This document shows positions 26,658 to 36,997 of a DNA stretch of 64,000 nt, in pieces; the first letter of the stretch is position 1; each line of letters begins with the position of its first letter. The notes beneath the pieces are model-generated. The model did not search any database. It was not told where the DNA came from and saw only the letters and a list, made by a program, of their open reading frames with translations. Source of the DNA: Acidobacteriota bacterium (lineage in GTDB: Bacteria; Acidobacteriota; UBA6911; RPQK01; JAJDTT01); assembly GCA_965263035.1 (NCBI GenBank), contig OZ253580.1, forward strand, positions 1,152,001-1,216,000, written 5' to 3'. Made by a program: the position numbers and the translations under genes.

Positions 26658-29420
26658 CTACGACCTCAACCTTCTGGCTGCCCGGGCGCCTTCCTCTTCG
26701 CGGCGCTGGCGGCGCACAAAGATGAGCACGCCCAGGACAAACACGGGAACCGGAGGAAGCAGAACAGCGTAGGTCCGAATGTTGCCCTGGATCTTCCGGA
26801 TCTGACTTTCCATGTTCTCCTTGCTGGCGCTGATTTTGGATTCTTTTTCCGCCTCGATGTTGGCCTTCAGGACCTCGAAGCGGCGGTTCTCCACTTCCTG
26901 GAGATTCTGGGCCATGATCTGCTTGGCCTGAGCGTCCAGGTCCCGGCGCTGGCGGACCTCGTCGACTTTTTCCTGCAATCGTTCCTGCGCCTGCTTGAGG
27001 GCCTTCTCGGCCACCCCCTCGGCTTCCTCCTCGTCCTTGACCCGCTGCTCGATGAAGCTGCGAGTCTGCGCTTCGACCCGCTCCAGAGTCCGGTGGCGGA
27101 CACGCTTGTTGCGGAGGGCCACGAAGGACTCGTCACCCATGAGAACGTCCATGCAGTTCAAGAAGAAGGTCACGTTGTCGAAGTTGAGGGTCTCGGGGCC
27201 TTGCGCCCGGATCTGGAAGAACTGCTGGGATATGAAGTCCAGGTCCGCCACCACCACGGCGTTGATCTTTTCGGGCTCGTCCTGCTTCCCTTCCGCCGCC
27301 CCCGCATCCTGGGCAACCTCGCCCTCGCCTTCCGAAACCTCTTGCGAGTCCACCTCAGCGCCGGTTTCGGATTCCTCCTTCACCGTCTCCAGGTCCTTGC
27401 TCCGGACGTGCGCGGCCAGGATGTAGTCCCGGTCATCCGGCCGATGAGGAAGCTTGCGGGCCAGCTGGACGCCGAAAAAGTTTCGTTGAACCATCCGGGA
27501 GTAGTTCTGGACCGCCGAAGCCTGTCCGGAGCGAATCAGGGGATGGAATTCCAGGTCGGAGCCGGACTCCTGCTTCAGGTGTCCGGGGAACAGGAAGACC
27601 AACTCCTGGAGCGCCACGCTGGCGGCGTGTTCCCGGTTGAAGGCCCGGTCGTTGTCGTTCCCTACCCCGATGAAAACCACTTCCTCCGGCAGGTGGGCCA
27701 GATCCGGGTGGGGGTTGTAGCTGTCCCAGACGATCCCGGCCTTGTCCCAGCGCACGCCGATCCTGGCCAGTAGCGTCAGGATGTCTCCCTTGGGTTTGGG
27801 GGGCGGACCCTGCTGGCGCTGAAAGGGGTTGGTGTTGGCACCGGCTCGCTCCGAAGGGGCGAGGCCGATATTGAAAATGGGCAGGGGATCCACCAGGAGG
27901 AGCGTCGGGTGCCCCTTCCGGACATATTCCAGCAGGTTGTCCAGCTCCGGCTGCGGCAGAGAGGAGGGCAGGGCCGCGAAGAGACCGTCCAACTCCTGCC
28001 GGATGGGAGCGGTCGCCGAAACCTGCACCACGTCGTACTGCTTCCTCAACTCCGCCACCACCGGCCAGGACGGGTTGCTCCGCATACTCTGGAAATCGAA
28101 CCCTCCGAAGAGCTTGGCTTCGGTGCCCAGGATGCCGACTTTCTTCCGCTCCGTCTTGGCCACGACCCGAACGCTGCGAGTGATCTCGTACTCGATGGGC
28201 AAGCCCCTCTCCATAAAAGGGATCACCTGCTCCTCGGCGCCGCAGGTGAAGGCCACGCCCAGGAACACGTCAGTGAAGCCCGCGCGGGCGCTGCCCAGAT
28301 GGGGCACCTGCCTGGGAGTGATTCCGAACTTCTCGCGGGCATCCCGAGCCGCCTGGGTGAAAGGCTCCGTATCCTCGATCAGAACCTGCACCCGCGAGCC
28401 ACCCACCGACTCGATCTCTCCCAGCACACCCAGTAGATTGGCCCGAGTCTGCACCAATCGCTCCGGGACTTCCGGGCTCACGTAGGCCTGGATGAAGACC
28501 GGTCGTTCTTCGGACAACTCGGAAATCAGGGAAACCGTCTGGCCGCTCAGTGAGTGGAGTCCCTCGGCGGTGGCGTCGACCCGGACGCCCGCTCGGCCCA
28601 GAATCACGTTGAGGCCGATCACGGCCAGAACCAAGCCGACCGTGCGCATCGTATGGTGGATCCACATGGGCCGCCCATCGGCCTCTCGGGGCCAGTGACG
28701 TTTATCCACCAGGAGCACGTTGAGGTAGAGCATCAGTCCGGCAATGGAGAGGAAATAGACCAGTCCGGAGAAGCTCATGACGCCGCGGGCAAAGTCGTCG
28801 AAGTGGCGGTAGACCCCAAGGGGGGCCGCCAGCTCTCCCAGACCGGCTCCGAAGGAGCCCATCAGCTCGATGAGAACGAAGAAGGCGCAGAAAACGGCTC
28901 CCGCGATGAAGGCGATGGTGGCGTTGGCCGTGAGCAGCGAGGCCAGCATCCCCACGGCGATCAACGCGCCTCCCAGAAGCCAATAGCCCACATAGTTGCT
29001 GAACATGAGTCCCAGGTCGGGACTGCCCAGCCAGCTCAGGACCAGGACGTGGCTCAAGGAGAGCACCAACGACGCGGTGTAGATGCCCAGGGTGGCCAGG
29101 TATTTTCCGATCACGATCTCAAGACTGGTGGCGGGCAGGGTGAAGAGGAGTTCGTCGGTGCCCTGCTTCCTCTCGTCGGACCAGACCGACATGGTCAATG
29201 CTGGAATGAAGAAAAGGAGCAGATAGGGAAACATGTAGTTGAGTTGGTCCAAGTTCGCCAGATTGTCCAGAAAGAAACGATCCTGCCAGAAAGCGGCGGC
29301 GGTGCTCAGAAGGATGAACAGGGTGATGAAGACATAGCCGGTGGGACTCGTGAAGTACTTCCACAGATCCCTCTTCACCAGCGCCAGGACAAAAGTGGTA
29401 TTGATCTCGAGTAGCTTCAC
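26658..29420 (-). CDS. GldF-GldG-like fused ABC permease/auxiliary component
   Basis: YFTSPTGYVF...EELLFTLP-type permease region (TDELLFTLP, IVIGKYLA), then HSLSGQT, IEYEITRSVR, NVTFFLNCMDVL, a coiled coil and a C-terminal TM. Confidence 0.85.
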   Translation of the reverse strand: MKLLEINTTFVLALVKRDLWKYFTSPTGYVFITLFILLSTAAAFWQDRFFLDNLANLDQLNYMFPYLLLFFIPALTMSVWSDERKQGTDELLFTLPATSLEIVIGKYLATLGIYTASLVLSLSHVLVLSWLGSPDLGLMFSNYVGYWLLGGALIAVGMLASLLTANATIAFIAGAVFCAFFVLIELMGSFGAGLGELAAPLGVYRHFDDFARGVMSFSGLVYFLSIAGLMLYLNVLLVDKRHWPREADGRPMWIHHTMRTVGLVLAVIGLNVILGRAGVRVDATAEGLHSLSGQTVSLISELSEERPVFIQAYVSPEVPERLVQTRANLLGVLGEIESVGGSRVQVLIEDTEPFTQAARDAREKFGITPRQVPHLGSARAGFTDVFLGVAFTCGAEEQVIPFMERGLPIEYEITRSVRVVAKTERKKVGILGTEAKLFGGFDFQSMRSNPSWPVVAELRKQYDVVQVSATAPIRQELDGLFAALPSSLPQPELDNLLEYVRKGHPTLLLVDPLPIFNIGLAPSERAGANTNPFQRQQGPPPKPKGDILTLLARIGVRWDKAGIVWDSYNPHPDLAHLPEEVVFIGVGNDNDRAFNREHAASVALQELVFLFPGHLKQESGSDLEFHPLIRSGQASAVQNYSRMVQRNFFGVQLARKLPHRPDDRDYILAAHVRSKDLETVKEESETGAEVDSQEVSEGEGEVAQDAGAAEGKQDEPEKINAVVVADLDFISQQFFQIRAQGPETLNFDNVTFFLNCMDVLMGDESFVALRNKRVRHRTLERVEAQTRSFIEQRVKDEEEAEGVAEKALKQAQERLQEKVDEVRQRRDLDAQAKQIMAQNLQEVENRRFEVLKANIEAEKESKISASKENMESQIRKIQGNIRTYAVLLPPVPVFVLGVLIFVRRQRREEEGARAARRLRS

Positions 29421-30232
29421 TCTCCACCTCCCGATTCGGACGCTTCCACAGCTGCGGCCTCCTCATCGGCCGGTCCGGCTGCAGCCGGGACCGCATTCTC
29501 TTCAACGCGAGCCTGAGTCATACGGTAGAAGGATCCCTCCAGAGAGCCGTCCTCCATCAGCTCTGCGGGACTGCCGTCGAAGATCATTCGTCCGTTGTGG
29601 ACGAAAAGAACCCGGTCGGCGACGGCGTCCACCTCCTGCAGAATGTGAGTCGAAATGAGTATCGTCTTTCGTTTGCCCAGTTCCTGGATGCTGGACCGGA
29701 ATTCCCGGATCTGGTTCGGGTCCAATCCGGCGGTGGGCTCGTCCATGATGAGGACGTCGGGGTCGTGGAGCATGGCCTGAGCCAGCCCCACCCGCTGGCG
29801 GTATCCACGGGAGAGCTTGCCGATGGGTTTCTCCAGAACGTCCTCCAGAGCGAACTGCCGGGTGACGGATTCCATTCGCTCCTCCAGTTCTTCACCGGCC
29901 AGGCCGCGGGCCTCTCCAAAGAACCTGAGAAGCTCCGAAGGAGTCATGTCCAGGTACAAAGGCCCGTTCTCGGGAAGATAACCCAGTATTCGAGAGGCCT
30001 CGATCCGACTCTCGTGAACGTTGAAACCGCCGATGAGGGCGGTGCCTTCGCTGGCGGCCAGATAACCGGTGAGAATCCTCATGGTGGTGGACTTGCCCGC
30101 GCCGTTAGGCCCCAGAAAGGCCACGATCTGACCTTCCGGGATGGAGAAACTGATCTCCTCGATGGCGACGAAGGGCCCGTAGTACTTGCTGAGCCCCTGG
30201 GCTTCGATCATGGTGCGGGGAGAGCTTTCCAT
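29417..30232 (-). CDS. ABC transporter ATP-binding protein (GldA-like)
   Basis: GPNGAGKST, LSRGYRQR, IMDEPT, STH. Confidence 0.95.
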   Translation of the reverse strand: MESSPRTMIEAQGLSKYYGPFVAIEEISFSIPEGQIVAFLGPNGAGKSTTMRILTGYLAASEGTALIGGFNVHESRIEASRILGYLPENGPLYLDMTPSELLRFFGEARGLAGEELEERMESVTRQFALEDVLEKPIGKLSRGYRQRVGLAQAMLHDPDVLIMDEPTAGLDPNQIREFRSSIQELGKRKTILISTHILQEVDAVADRVLFVHNGRMIFDGSPAELMEDGSLEGSFYRMTQARVEENAVPAAAGPADEEAAAVEASESGGGE

Positions 30233-30655
30233 GTTCTCCTTCCTCGTTGGTCCATTTCGGGGGACACGGACCGATCAATCTCGGTAAACGACTGGCCATA
30301 CGTCCGGGGTGAGTTTGGGTTCACTTGCCAGCAACCAGCCTACTCGCGCAACTTGCAGCGGGGAAGTGTCCCGCAAGAAAGGATATTCTAGCATCAGTTC
30401 GTCGGAATCTGCCAATTGCAGTGTCGTCAGCCAGGTGACGTGTCCGGTCTTCAGAGTAGATGATCCGGCCGACAGAGGAGGCGTGAGGTGCGGATGAGCT
30501 GTTTTCCCATTCATGGAGAACGAAGGGATTTTGCCGGGCTGCAGCCGGGTGAAGCTGCCAGCGGCTGAGACCGGCGTAGGCCCCCCTGGGGAAATCGGAC
30601 TCCTCCGCTATAGTTATTGAGTCCCTTACCGAGAATCCCAACGGGGAGGAAGAAC

Positions 30656-32206
30656 ATGCTGAAAACTCTCGTGACGGTCGGTGTCGCTCTCCTGGCCTTG
30701 GCGTGCGATGCCACGGATATCATCACCTCCGGAGTCCGGGTCGACGATCAGAGCGAAGCGGGGCAAGGAACCAGACCGCAACTCGGTGTCATCAGCTTTC
30801 CCAACAGCGGTGATGCCGCCGCCCAGGAGCCATTCTTGCGAGGCATGCTGCTCTTGCACAGCTTCGAATACGACGACGCAGCGGCGGCGTTTCGCGACGC
30901 TCAGGCCGCTGATTCTTCCTTCGCCCTGTCCTACTGGGGAGAGGCGCTCACGCACTATCGGCCGGTCTGGGGCCGCGAGAACCTGGAGGACGGCCGCACG
31001 GCCATCGAAAAGGCTCCCGCCGACGCGTCGGTCACCTCCAGGGAGCAAGCATACATGGACGCTGCCACGATCTTGTTTGGCGATGGTGAGCAAGCTCGAC
31101 GCTGGAAACGATACTCCGAAGCGATGGAGCAGGTCTCGAGAGAACATCCACAGGATCTTGAAGCCGCCAGCCTTTACGCCGTCTCGAGGTTCGGCGTGAC
31201 GGGCGGGGAGCGCGACCATCGGACGTACATGAAGATCGCCTCGATCAGCGGCGGAGTCTTTCGCAGGAACCCCGATCATCCCGGAGCGCTGCACTACCTG
31301 ATCCACGCCTTCGACGATCCGGTCCACGCACCTCTCGGTCTGCCCTACGCCCGCCTCTATTCGAAGGTCGCGTCGACGGCTCCCCACGCTCAGCACATGC
31401 CATCCCACATCTTCCTGGCCCTTGGCATGTGGGACGAGTGCATCTCGTCGAACGTCGACTCGTGGAATTCGTCTGAGGACCGCGTCGCCCGGCTGAGCTT
31501 GGGAAGCGACGATCGAGGCTATCATGCCCTTTGGTGGATGCAATACGCGTATTTGCAAAAAGGGATGCTGACCAAAGCCCGGGAGAATTTGTCCATCGTC
31601 GAGCAAGATGCCGCCGGATCGGACTCGAGCCACGCTCGCAATCACCAAGCCTATCTGCGAGCACACTTGCTCGTAGACGGGGAACAATGGACCGCTGACC
31701 TGCGGTCCGTCGACGACGATGACCTGTCCCCGAGGGCCTGGGGCGCGAACGCGCTCGTCGAGGGTATTCGCGCGCTCAAAACCGGAGACGTCTCGGGCGC
31801 CCGCAAATGGGCGGCGAGGCTTCGAGCCAAAGCGGACTCCAAAGGCGATGAAGAGACCTCACTGCCAATTGCCGCGCTGGAACTCGAAGGCCTGTTGCAG
31901 TTCGAAGACGGCGAGCCCGACGCCGCCGTCGCGACCCTCCGCAAAGCGGTTCGGCTCGAAGAGCAGACTCCGTTCGGTTACGGACCGCCATTTCCGCCCA
32001 AGCCGGCGCTCGAATTGCTGGGCGAGATACTGTTGGCGATAGACCGGGACGACGACGCAGCAAAGGCATTCCAGGCATCCCTGGAGCGCACCCCCAGGCG
32101 CGCCCTCTCACTGCAGGGTTTGCACAAAGCTGCGACGGCCGCAGGCGATCAGGAGGCCGCCGAACGGGTGAATCTCGAGTTGCGGGACCTGGCGTCGAGA
32201 CTCTGA
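30656..32206 (+). CDS. TPR-repeat lipoprotein of unknown function
   Basis: Lipobox LALAC; LLHSFEYDDA, PDHPGALHYLIHAFD, HAQHMPSHIF; helical repeats. Confidence 0.8.
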   Translation: MLKTLVTVGVALLALACDATDIITSGVRVDDQSEAGQGTRPQLGVISFPNSGDAAAQEPFLRGMLLLHSFEYDDAAAAFRDAQAADSSFALSYWGEALTHYRPVWGRENLEDGRTAIEKAPADASVTSREQAYMDAATILFGDGEQARRWKRYSEAMEQVSREHPQDLEAASLYAVSRFGVTGGERDHRTYMKIASISGGVFRRNPDHPGALHYLIHAFDDPVHAPLGLPYARLYSKVASTAPHAQHMPSHIFLALGMWDECISSNVDSWNSSEDRVARLSLGSDDRGYHALWWMQYAYLQKGMLTKARENLSIVEQDAAGSDSSHARNHQAYLRAHLLVDGEQWTADLRSVDDDDLSPRAWGANALVEGIRALKTGDVSGARKWAARLRAKADSKGDEETSLPIAALELEGLLQFEDGEPDAAVATLRKAVRLEEQTPFGYGPPFPPKPALELLGEILLAIDRDDDAAKAFQASLERTPRRALSLQGLHKAATAAGDQEAAERVNLELRDLASRL

Positions 32207-32217
32207 GTCCAACCCCC

Positions 32218-32305
32218 GGGAGCGGCGGTTTCCAACCGCCGAACTCCCGATGGTGCAAGGGGGAATGAGCACACGGAGGAATGGGCGACTGGAATTCGCC
32301 CCTCC
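32218..32305. repeat. Inverted pair of GGAG-type REP-like hairpins (REPIN-like)
   Basis: GGGAG-CGGCGGTTTCCAACCGCCG (32218-32241) and, in the opposite orientation, GGAG-GGGCGAATTCCAGTCGCCC (32305-32283). Confidence 0.6.
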
Positions 32306-32343
32306 TGAGCCGCCGTTCCCAAGTTCCCCACAAAGAGAGATGA

Positions 32344-32392
32344 TTTGCTATGGATAGCAAAAAATGACCCACAATTTGCTATAGACAGTAAA
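32344..32392. promoter_or_regulatory. Tandem palindromic operator-like boxes
   Basis: TTTGCTAT-GG-ATAGCAAA (perfect) and TTTGCTAT-AG-ACAGTAAA, with starts 31 bp apart in an AT-rich tract. Confidence 0.55.
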
Positions 32393-32524
32393 CACCTCCC
32401 CAAATATCCAAAGACGACCGTCGGCGTTGGCATGGAGTCGCGCCGTTGACTCGGAGCCGGGGCCGGAAACATACTCTGATCCGGTCGACCTGACCGTCGT
32501 TAGAAACCATAGAGGAGAGGATTC

Positions 32525-34261
32525 GTGGGACTCGGACCGGACCTCGGAAGGTGCATTCGCTCAGGTTTCGTGGCGCTTTGGACCCTGGTGGGACCGATCG
32601 CCTGTTCCCCGCCGCCGGAAGGCCCGGAGACGGCGGCAGTCGGCCCCGAGGAGGTGCGGAAGGCCCTGAAACAGGCGGTGGAGTTCTTCCGCACTCAGGT
32701 GTCCACCTCCGGCGGTTACCATTTCCGTTACGCGACGGACCTGAGCTACGGGCGGTCCGAGGCGGCCGAGGGTCCGTCTCAGGTCACGGTGCAGACCGGA
32801 GGAACGCCCCGGGTGGGAATGGCCTACCTGAGGGCCTACGAGGCCACGGGAGACCCCGGCTATCTGGAAGCGGCGCGGGAGACCGCACTGCTGCTGGTTC
32901 GGGGTCAGCACTGCTCCGGGGGTTGGGACTACATCATCGAGTTGGACCCCGAAAAGCGCCGATCGTATCCCTACCGAGTCGACGGGAATTGTGCGGAGAG
33001 ACCGGATACCGCTCCGGAAGAAGTGGCCTCCGGACCCAAAGCGGCCAGTACGCTGGACGACAACGTCACTCAAGGCGCTCTCCGGCTTCTCATGAGGGTG
33101 GATCGGGAATTGGGATTCCAGGACCCGAAGATCCACGAGGCGAGCCTCTATGCTCTCGATCAACTGGCCCGGGCCCAATACCCCAACGGCGCCTGGCCCC
33201 AGCGTTTTCGGGTACTGTCCGATCCCGGTCTCCCGGCCACCCGGTCCGCCGGGTATCCCGGCTCGTGGTCTCGCGAATGGCCGGGTCCCGATTACCGCCA
33301 TCATTACACCCTCAACGACAACGCCATTCTGGACGTGATCGACACCTTCCTGGAGGCGGCACGAATCTATGGCGAGCCTCGCTACCGGGCCGTGGCCGAA
33401 AAGGGGGGCGACTTCCTCCTGCTGGCCCAGATGCCCGATCCCCAGCCCGCCTGGGCCCAACAGTATGACGGCCGGATGCACCCCGCCTGGGGCAGGATCT
33501 TCGAGCCGCCGTCGGTCACCGGCTCCGAGTCTCAGTCGGTCCTGCAGATGCTCCTGGTCCTGTACCGCGAGACCGGCCGGAAGAAGTACCTGGAGCCGAT
33601 TCCTCGGGCCGTCGAGTACCTCCGGAAATCCAACCTGCCCTCCGATGGACCCTGGCGCGAGGAAGGCGGGCGATGCGGTCCGGACGCACTCTGTCTGGCT
33701 CGATTCTATGAGCTCGGCACCAATCGGCCCCTCTTCGTCACCAAGGGGAGCCGGGTCCGGATGGAAAAGGGAACCAGCCGCCTGCTGGACGGATACGAGC
33801 TGAGCTACTCGCCCGAGAGCGTCATCACCCACTACGGTCTCTGGACCGACGGCAGCCGCCTGGAGAAGACGGAGCAGGAATACCGGTCACTGCTCTCCCA
33901 GGACCCCTCGGCCATTGGACGCCCGGAGCGCCTCCACGGCCTCTCGCCCTGGCGGGGGGAGACTTCGTTTCCCTCGGGCCCGGAGCTGTCCGGCCGGGTC
34001 CGGAATCTGGTGCAGAGCCTGGACCCGCGCGGGGCGTGGGTCCAGGAGGGGTCGGTGGGCAAGGCCGACCCGATAATATTCCTGTTTGCAGCCGAAGACA
34101 TGGTCGTGACCATCGATGATCGGGCGATCCCTCTGAAAGAGAACGGGAGGCTGACCGTCTTTCGAGGAGACAAGCCACCGCTGGAGCGAATCATCAACTC
34201 CCGAACCTTCGCCCGAAATATCGAGACCATGGCCGCCTTCCTGAGCGAGAGCGGCCGGTGA
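32525..34261 (+). CDS. Pectate lyase-like protein, polysaccharide lyase family 10
   Basis: TLDDNVTQ, QYPNGAWPQ, YTLNDNA, QPAWAQQYD, ARFYELGTNRP; possible lipobox PIAC. Confidence 0.82.
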   Translation: MGLGPDLGRCIRSGFVALWTLVGPIACSPPPEGPETAAVGPEEVRKALKQAVEFFRTQVSTSGGYHFRYATDLSYGRSEAAEGPSQVTVQTGGTPRVGMAYLRAYEATGDPGYLEAARETALLLVRGQHCSGGWDYIIELDPEKRRSYPYRVDGNCAERPDTAPEEVASGPKAASTLDDNVTQGALRLLMRVDRELGFQDPKIHEASLYALDQLARAQYPNGAWPQRFRVLSDPGLPATRSAGYPGSWSREWPGPDYRHHYTLNDNAILDVIDTFLEAARIYGEPRYRAVAEKGGDFLLLAQMPDPQPAWAQQYDGRMHPAWGRIFEPPSVTGSESQSVLQMLLVLYRETGRKKYLEPIPRAVEYLRKSNLPSDGPWREEGGRCGPDALCLARFYELGTNRPLFVTKGSRVRMEKGTSRLLDGYELSYSPESVITHYGLWTDGSRLEKTEQEYRSLLSQDPSAIGRPERLHGLSPWRGETSFPSGPELSGRVRNLVQSLDPRGAWVQEGSVGKADPIIFLFAAEDMVVTIDDRAIPLKENGRLTVFRGDKPPLERIINSRTFARNIETMAAFLSESGR

Positions 34262-34277
34262 CGAGGAGCCTCCCGTC

Positions 34278-35738
34278 GTGACCTGGGTCGGGGAACACGG
34301 CCTGGTGCTGGCGCTCTTTGGAGTCTACACGGCACTCATGGTCTACCACGCCTGGATCGGGCAACGCCGGACCCGAGGCTGGATGGACTTCTTCGTCGGC
34401 GGACGGTCCCTGGGAGGCGTCACGCTGGGGATCTCGTTTTTCGCCACCTACGCCAGTACCAACAGCTATGTGGGTTTCTCGGGCCAAGCCTACAGCTACG
34501 GCTTGTCCTGGTTGCTCCTGGTGCCCTTCGCGGTGGGTTTCACCTGGATGGCCTGGATCTGGGTGGCGCCCCGGCTGCGGGAGCGGACCGCCTCGCTGGG
34601 CTCGGTCACCGTTCCCGACTTCATCGGATTCCGCTATGCCAGCACTCCGGCACGGGTGGGAGCGGCCCTGCTGGTTCTCTTCTCCAGCGTGATCTACATG
34701 ACCGCGGTCTTCAAAGGCATCGGCAACCTGCTGGAGGCGGTCCTGGAGGTCCCCTACTGGACGGCCATCGGAATGGTCCTGGTCGTCGTCATGCTCTACA
34801 CGGCGGTGGGCGGCTTTCATTCGGTAGTCCGAACCGATGTGATCCAGGGCGGCATGATGATCGTCGCCGCCGTGGTGCTCTTCACGGGGACTTACCGGGC
34901 CGCCGGCGGCTGGGAGCCGATTTCCCAGGTTGTGGATCAGGTTCCTTCCTCGGTAGCGGGACCGCTTCCGCTGACTCTGCTGCTGGGCGTCATCTTCGCC
35001 ACCACCATCAAGGCACTGGTGGAGCCCAGGCAGCTCTCCCGCTTCTACGCCCTGGAAAACCGGAAGGCGGTCCGTCACGGCACCTGGATCTCACCGGGAA
35101 TATTTCTGCTGGTGTTCAGCCTGCTGACGCCCATCGGGCTGTTCGCGCGCCGGATTCTGCCCCCGGGGCTGGAAGACACGGACCGGGTCGTGCCGGCGCT
35201 TCTGGCCGGGGGGGAGGTCTTCGGTCCCTTCGTGAGCGCCTTTCTCTTCGTGGCCATGGTGTCCGCCGCCATGTCCTCTCTGGATTCGGTGCTTCTGGTC
35301 GTGGCCTCCACCTGCGAGCGGGATCTGGTGGGCCTGATCTGGAAGGGCCGCAGCGAACGCGCCATCCTGCAGTGCACTCGAGTCTACGTCGCTCTCTTCG
35401 CCGTGGTGACCGCCCTGGTGGCGTTGAACCCTCCGGGGGGCGTCGTCTCCATCACCGCATTCTCCGGGAGCCTTTACGCCGCTTGCTTCCTGCCCAGCCT
35501 GCTGTTCGGACTCTATTGGAACCGAGGCAACGGCCGGGCGGTGCTGACCTCCTATGCCGCGGGGATCGCCTGCCTGATCGTCTGGCCCCATCTCCCGGAG
35601 GTTGCCCTGGTCCACCGCGTCTTCCCGGCGGTGATCCTCTCGACTCTCGCCTACGTCTCGGTATCCCTCCTGACCCCTCCGGCGTCCCCCGTTTCCGAAG
35701 TCGAGCATTCTGGAGTCTCGCGCCGCCGGCGAGCGTGA
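34278..35738 (+). CDS. Sodium:solute symporter family protein
   Basis: FFVGGRSLGG, ATYASTNSYVG, YTAVGGFHSVVRTDVIQ, SAAMSSLDS; multiple TMs. Confidence 0.92.
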   Translation: MTWVGEHGLVLALFGVYTALMVYHAWIGQRRTRGWMDFFVGGRSLGGVTLGISFFATYASTNSYVGFSGQAYSYGLSWLLLVPFAVGFTWMAWIWVAPRLRERTASLGSVTVPDFIGFRYASTPARVGAALLVLFSSVIYMTAVFKGIGNLLEAVLEVPYWTAIGMVLVVVMLYTAVGGFHSVVRTDVIQGGMMIVAAVVLFTGTYRAAGGWEPISQVVDQVPSSVAGPLPLTLLLGVIFATTIKALVEPRQLSRFYALENRKAVRHGTWISPGIFLLVFSLLTPIGLFARRILPPGLEDTDRVVPALLAGGEVFGPFVSAFLFVAMVSAAMSSLDSVLLVVASTCERDLVGLIWKGRSERAILQCTRVYVALFAVVTALVALNPPGGVVSITAFSGSLYAACFLPSLLFGLYWNRGNGRAVLTSYAAGIACLIVWPHLPEVALVHRVFPAVILSTLAYVSVSLLTPPASPVSEVEHSGVSRRRRA

Positions 35739-35776
35739 AAGTCCCCGCGGCGGACTGGTAACATCACGGGACTCCA

Positions 35777-36928
35777 ATGAAGGCGCTACTGCTGGAACGC
35801 CCGGGACAGCTCGAGGTGGCCGACGTCCCGGAACCGGAATGCGGAGATCACGACGTCGTGATCCAGGTCGGGGCCGTAGGCGTCTGCGGCACCGACTTCC
35901 ACATCTTTCAGGGCGAAGCCAACTACAACTCCGATGCCGGCGGCCGGCCGATCCCTCTCCCGGTCCAGCCCCAGATCCTGGGGCACGAGTTCTGCGGAAC
36001 CGTTCTGGAAGCGGGCGCCAGGGTTCGAGATCTGTCGCCGGGGGACAGGGTGGCCGTGGACCAGGGCCTGAACTGCTACAGCCAGCGGATCACTCCGGTC
36101 TGCGAGTACTGTGCCGGCGGGGACTCGCACCAGTGTCTCCACTATCAGGAACTGGGCATCACCGGAATTCCGGGAGCCATGCGGGAACGGGTCGCGATTC
36201 CCGCGGTGAACGCGGTCCGGCTGGAGGGAGAGATGGGATTCCCGGAAACCGCCCTGTCGGAACCTCTGGGATGTATCCTCCACGCCCTCGACCGGGTGGT
36301 TCGCACCCCTGCCCGCTACATGTTCCATCCAGAATCTCATGGATCGCGAACCATGGAAAACGTCCTGATCCTGGGCGCCGGACCGGCCGGCCTTCTGTTC
36401 CTGCAGAACCTCCGGAGAGAAGTGGGATTCGAAGGGACCGTTCTGGTGGCCGATCGTGTCCCGGAGAAGTTGAACCTGGTGGAACGCCTCGGAGGAACGC
36501 CTTTGGACGTGGCCCAATCCGATCTGGTGGAAATGGTCTCGCACCTGACCCGGGGCCGGAAGATCGACCTGCTCATCGAGGCCACCGGAAGCGGAGCCGC
36601 CTTTCGGACCATTTCCTCACTGGTTCGCAAGCAGGCTACCGTGCTGCTCTACGGGCACGGGCACCAGGGGACCGATCTGAGCGTCATCAATCGCCTGCTC
36701 TTTCTGGAACCGACGCTGGTGGTCTCGGTGGGAGCCTCGGGCATGCTGAACCCGGCGACCCGGCGGTCCGAGACCACGACCCGGGCCGTAGAGCTGATTC
36801 AGACGGGTCAAGTGGACGTCCGATCCCTCATCACTCACCGCTATCCGACCTTGGAGACGGTGAGGGGCGCCTTCGGCGGCGACTCCAGGGACGCGGCCTA
36901 CATCAAGGGCGTCCTGCAGGTCTCCTGA
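35777..36928 (+). CDS. Zinc-dependent medium-chain dehydrogenase (threonine/sorbitol DH-like)
   Basis: GVCGTD, LGHEFCG, structural Zn cysteines, EPLGC, GAGPAG. Confidence 0.92.
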   Translation: MKALLLERPGQLEVADVPEPECGDHDVVIQVGAVGVCGTDFHIFQGEANYNSDAGGRPIPLPVQPQILGHEFCGTVLEAGARVRDLSPGDRVAVDQGLNCYSQRITPVCEYCAGGDSHQCLHYQELGITGIPGAMRERVAIPAVNAVRLEGEMGFPETALSEPLGCILHALDRVVRTPARYMFHPESHGSRTMENVLILGAGPAGLLFLQNLRREVGFEGTVLVADRVPEKLNLVERLGGTPLDVAQSDLVEMVSHLTRGRKIDLLIEATGSGAAFRTISSLVRKQATVLLYGHGHQGTDLSVINRLLFLEPTLVVSVGASGMLNPATRRSETTTRAVELIQTGQVDVRSLITHRYPTLETVRGAFGGDSRDAAYIKGVLQVS

Positions 36929-36997
36929 AAGATCTCGCGAATCGTCGCAGGTTTCAGGATCGACTCACGGTGCCGGCCGACATCCGGTGGGAGCCGG

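Noticed and set aside
30275-30514. 79-aa minus-strand ORF upstream of the GldA-like ATPase
   Set aside because: No motif I can support; it may be a small or decayed gene.
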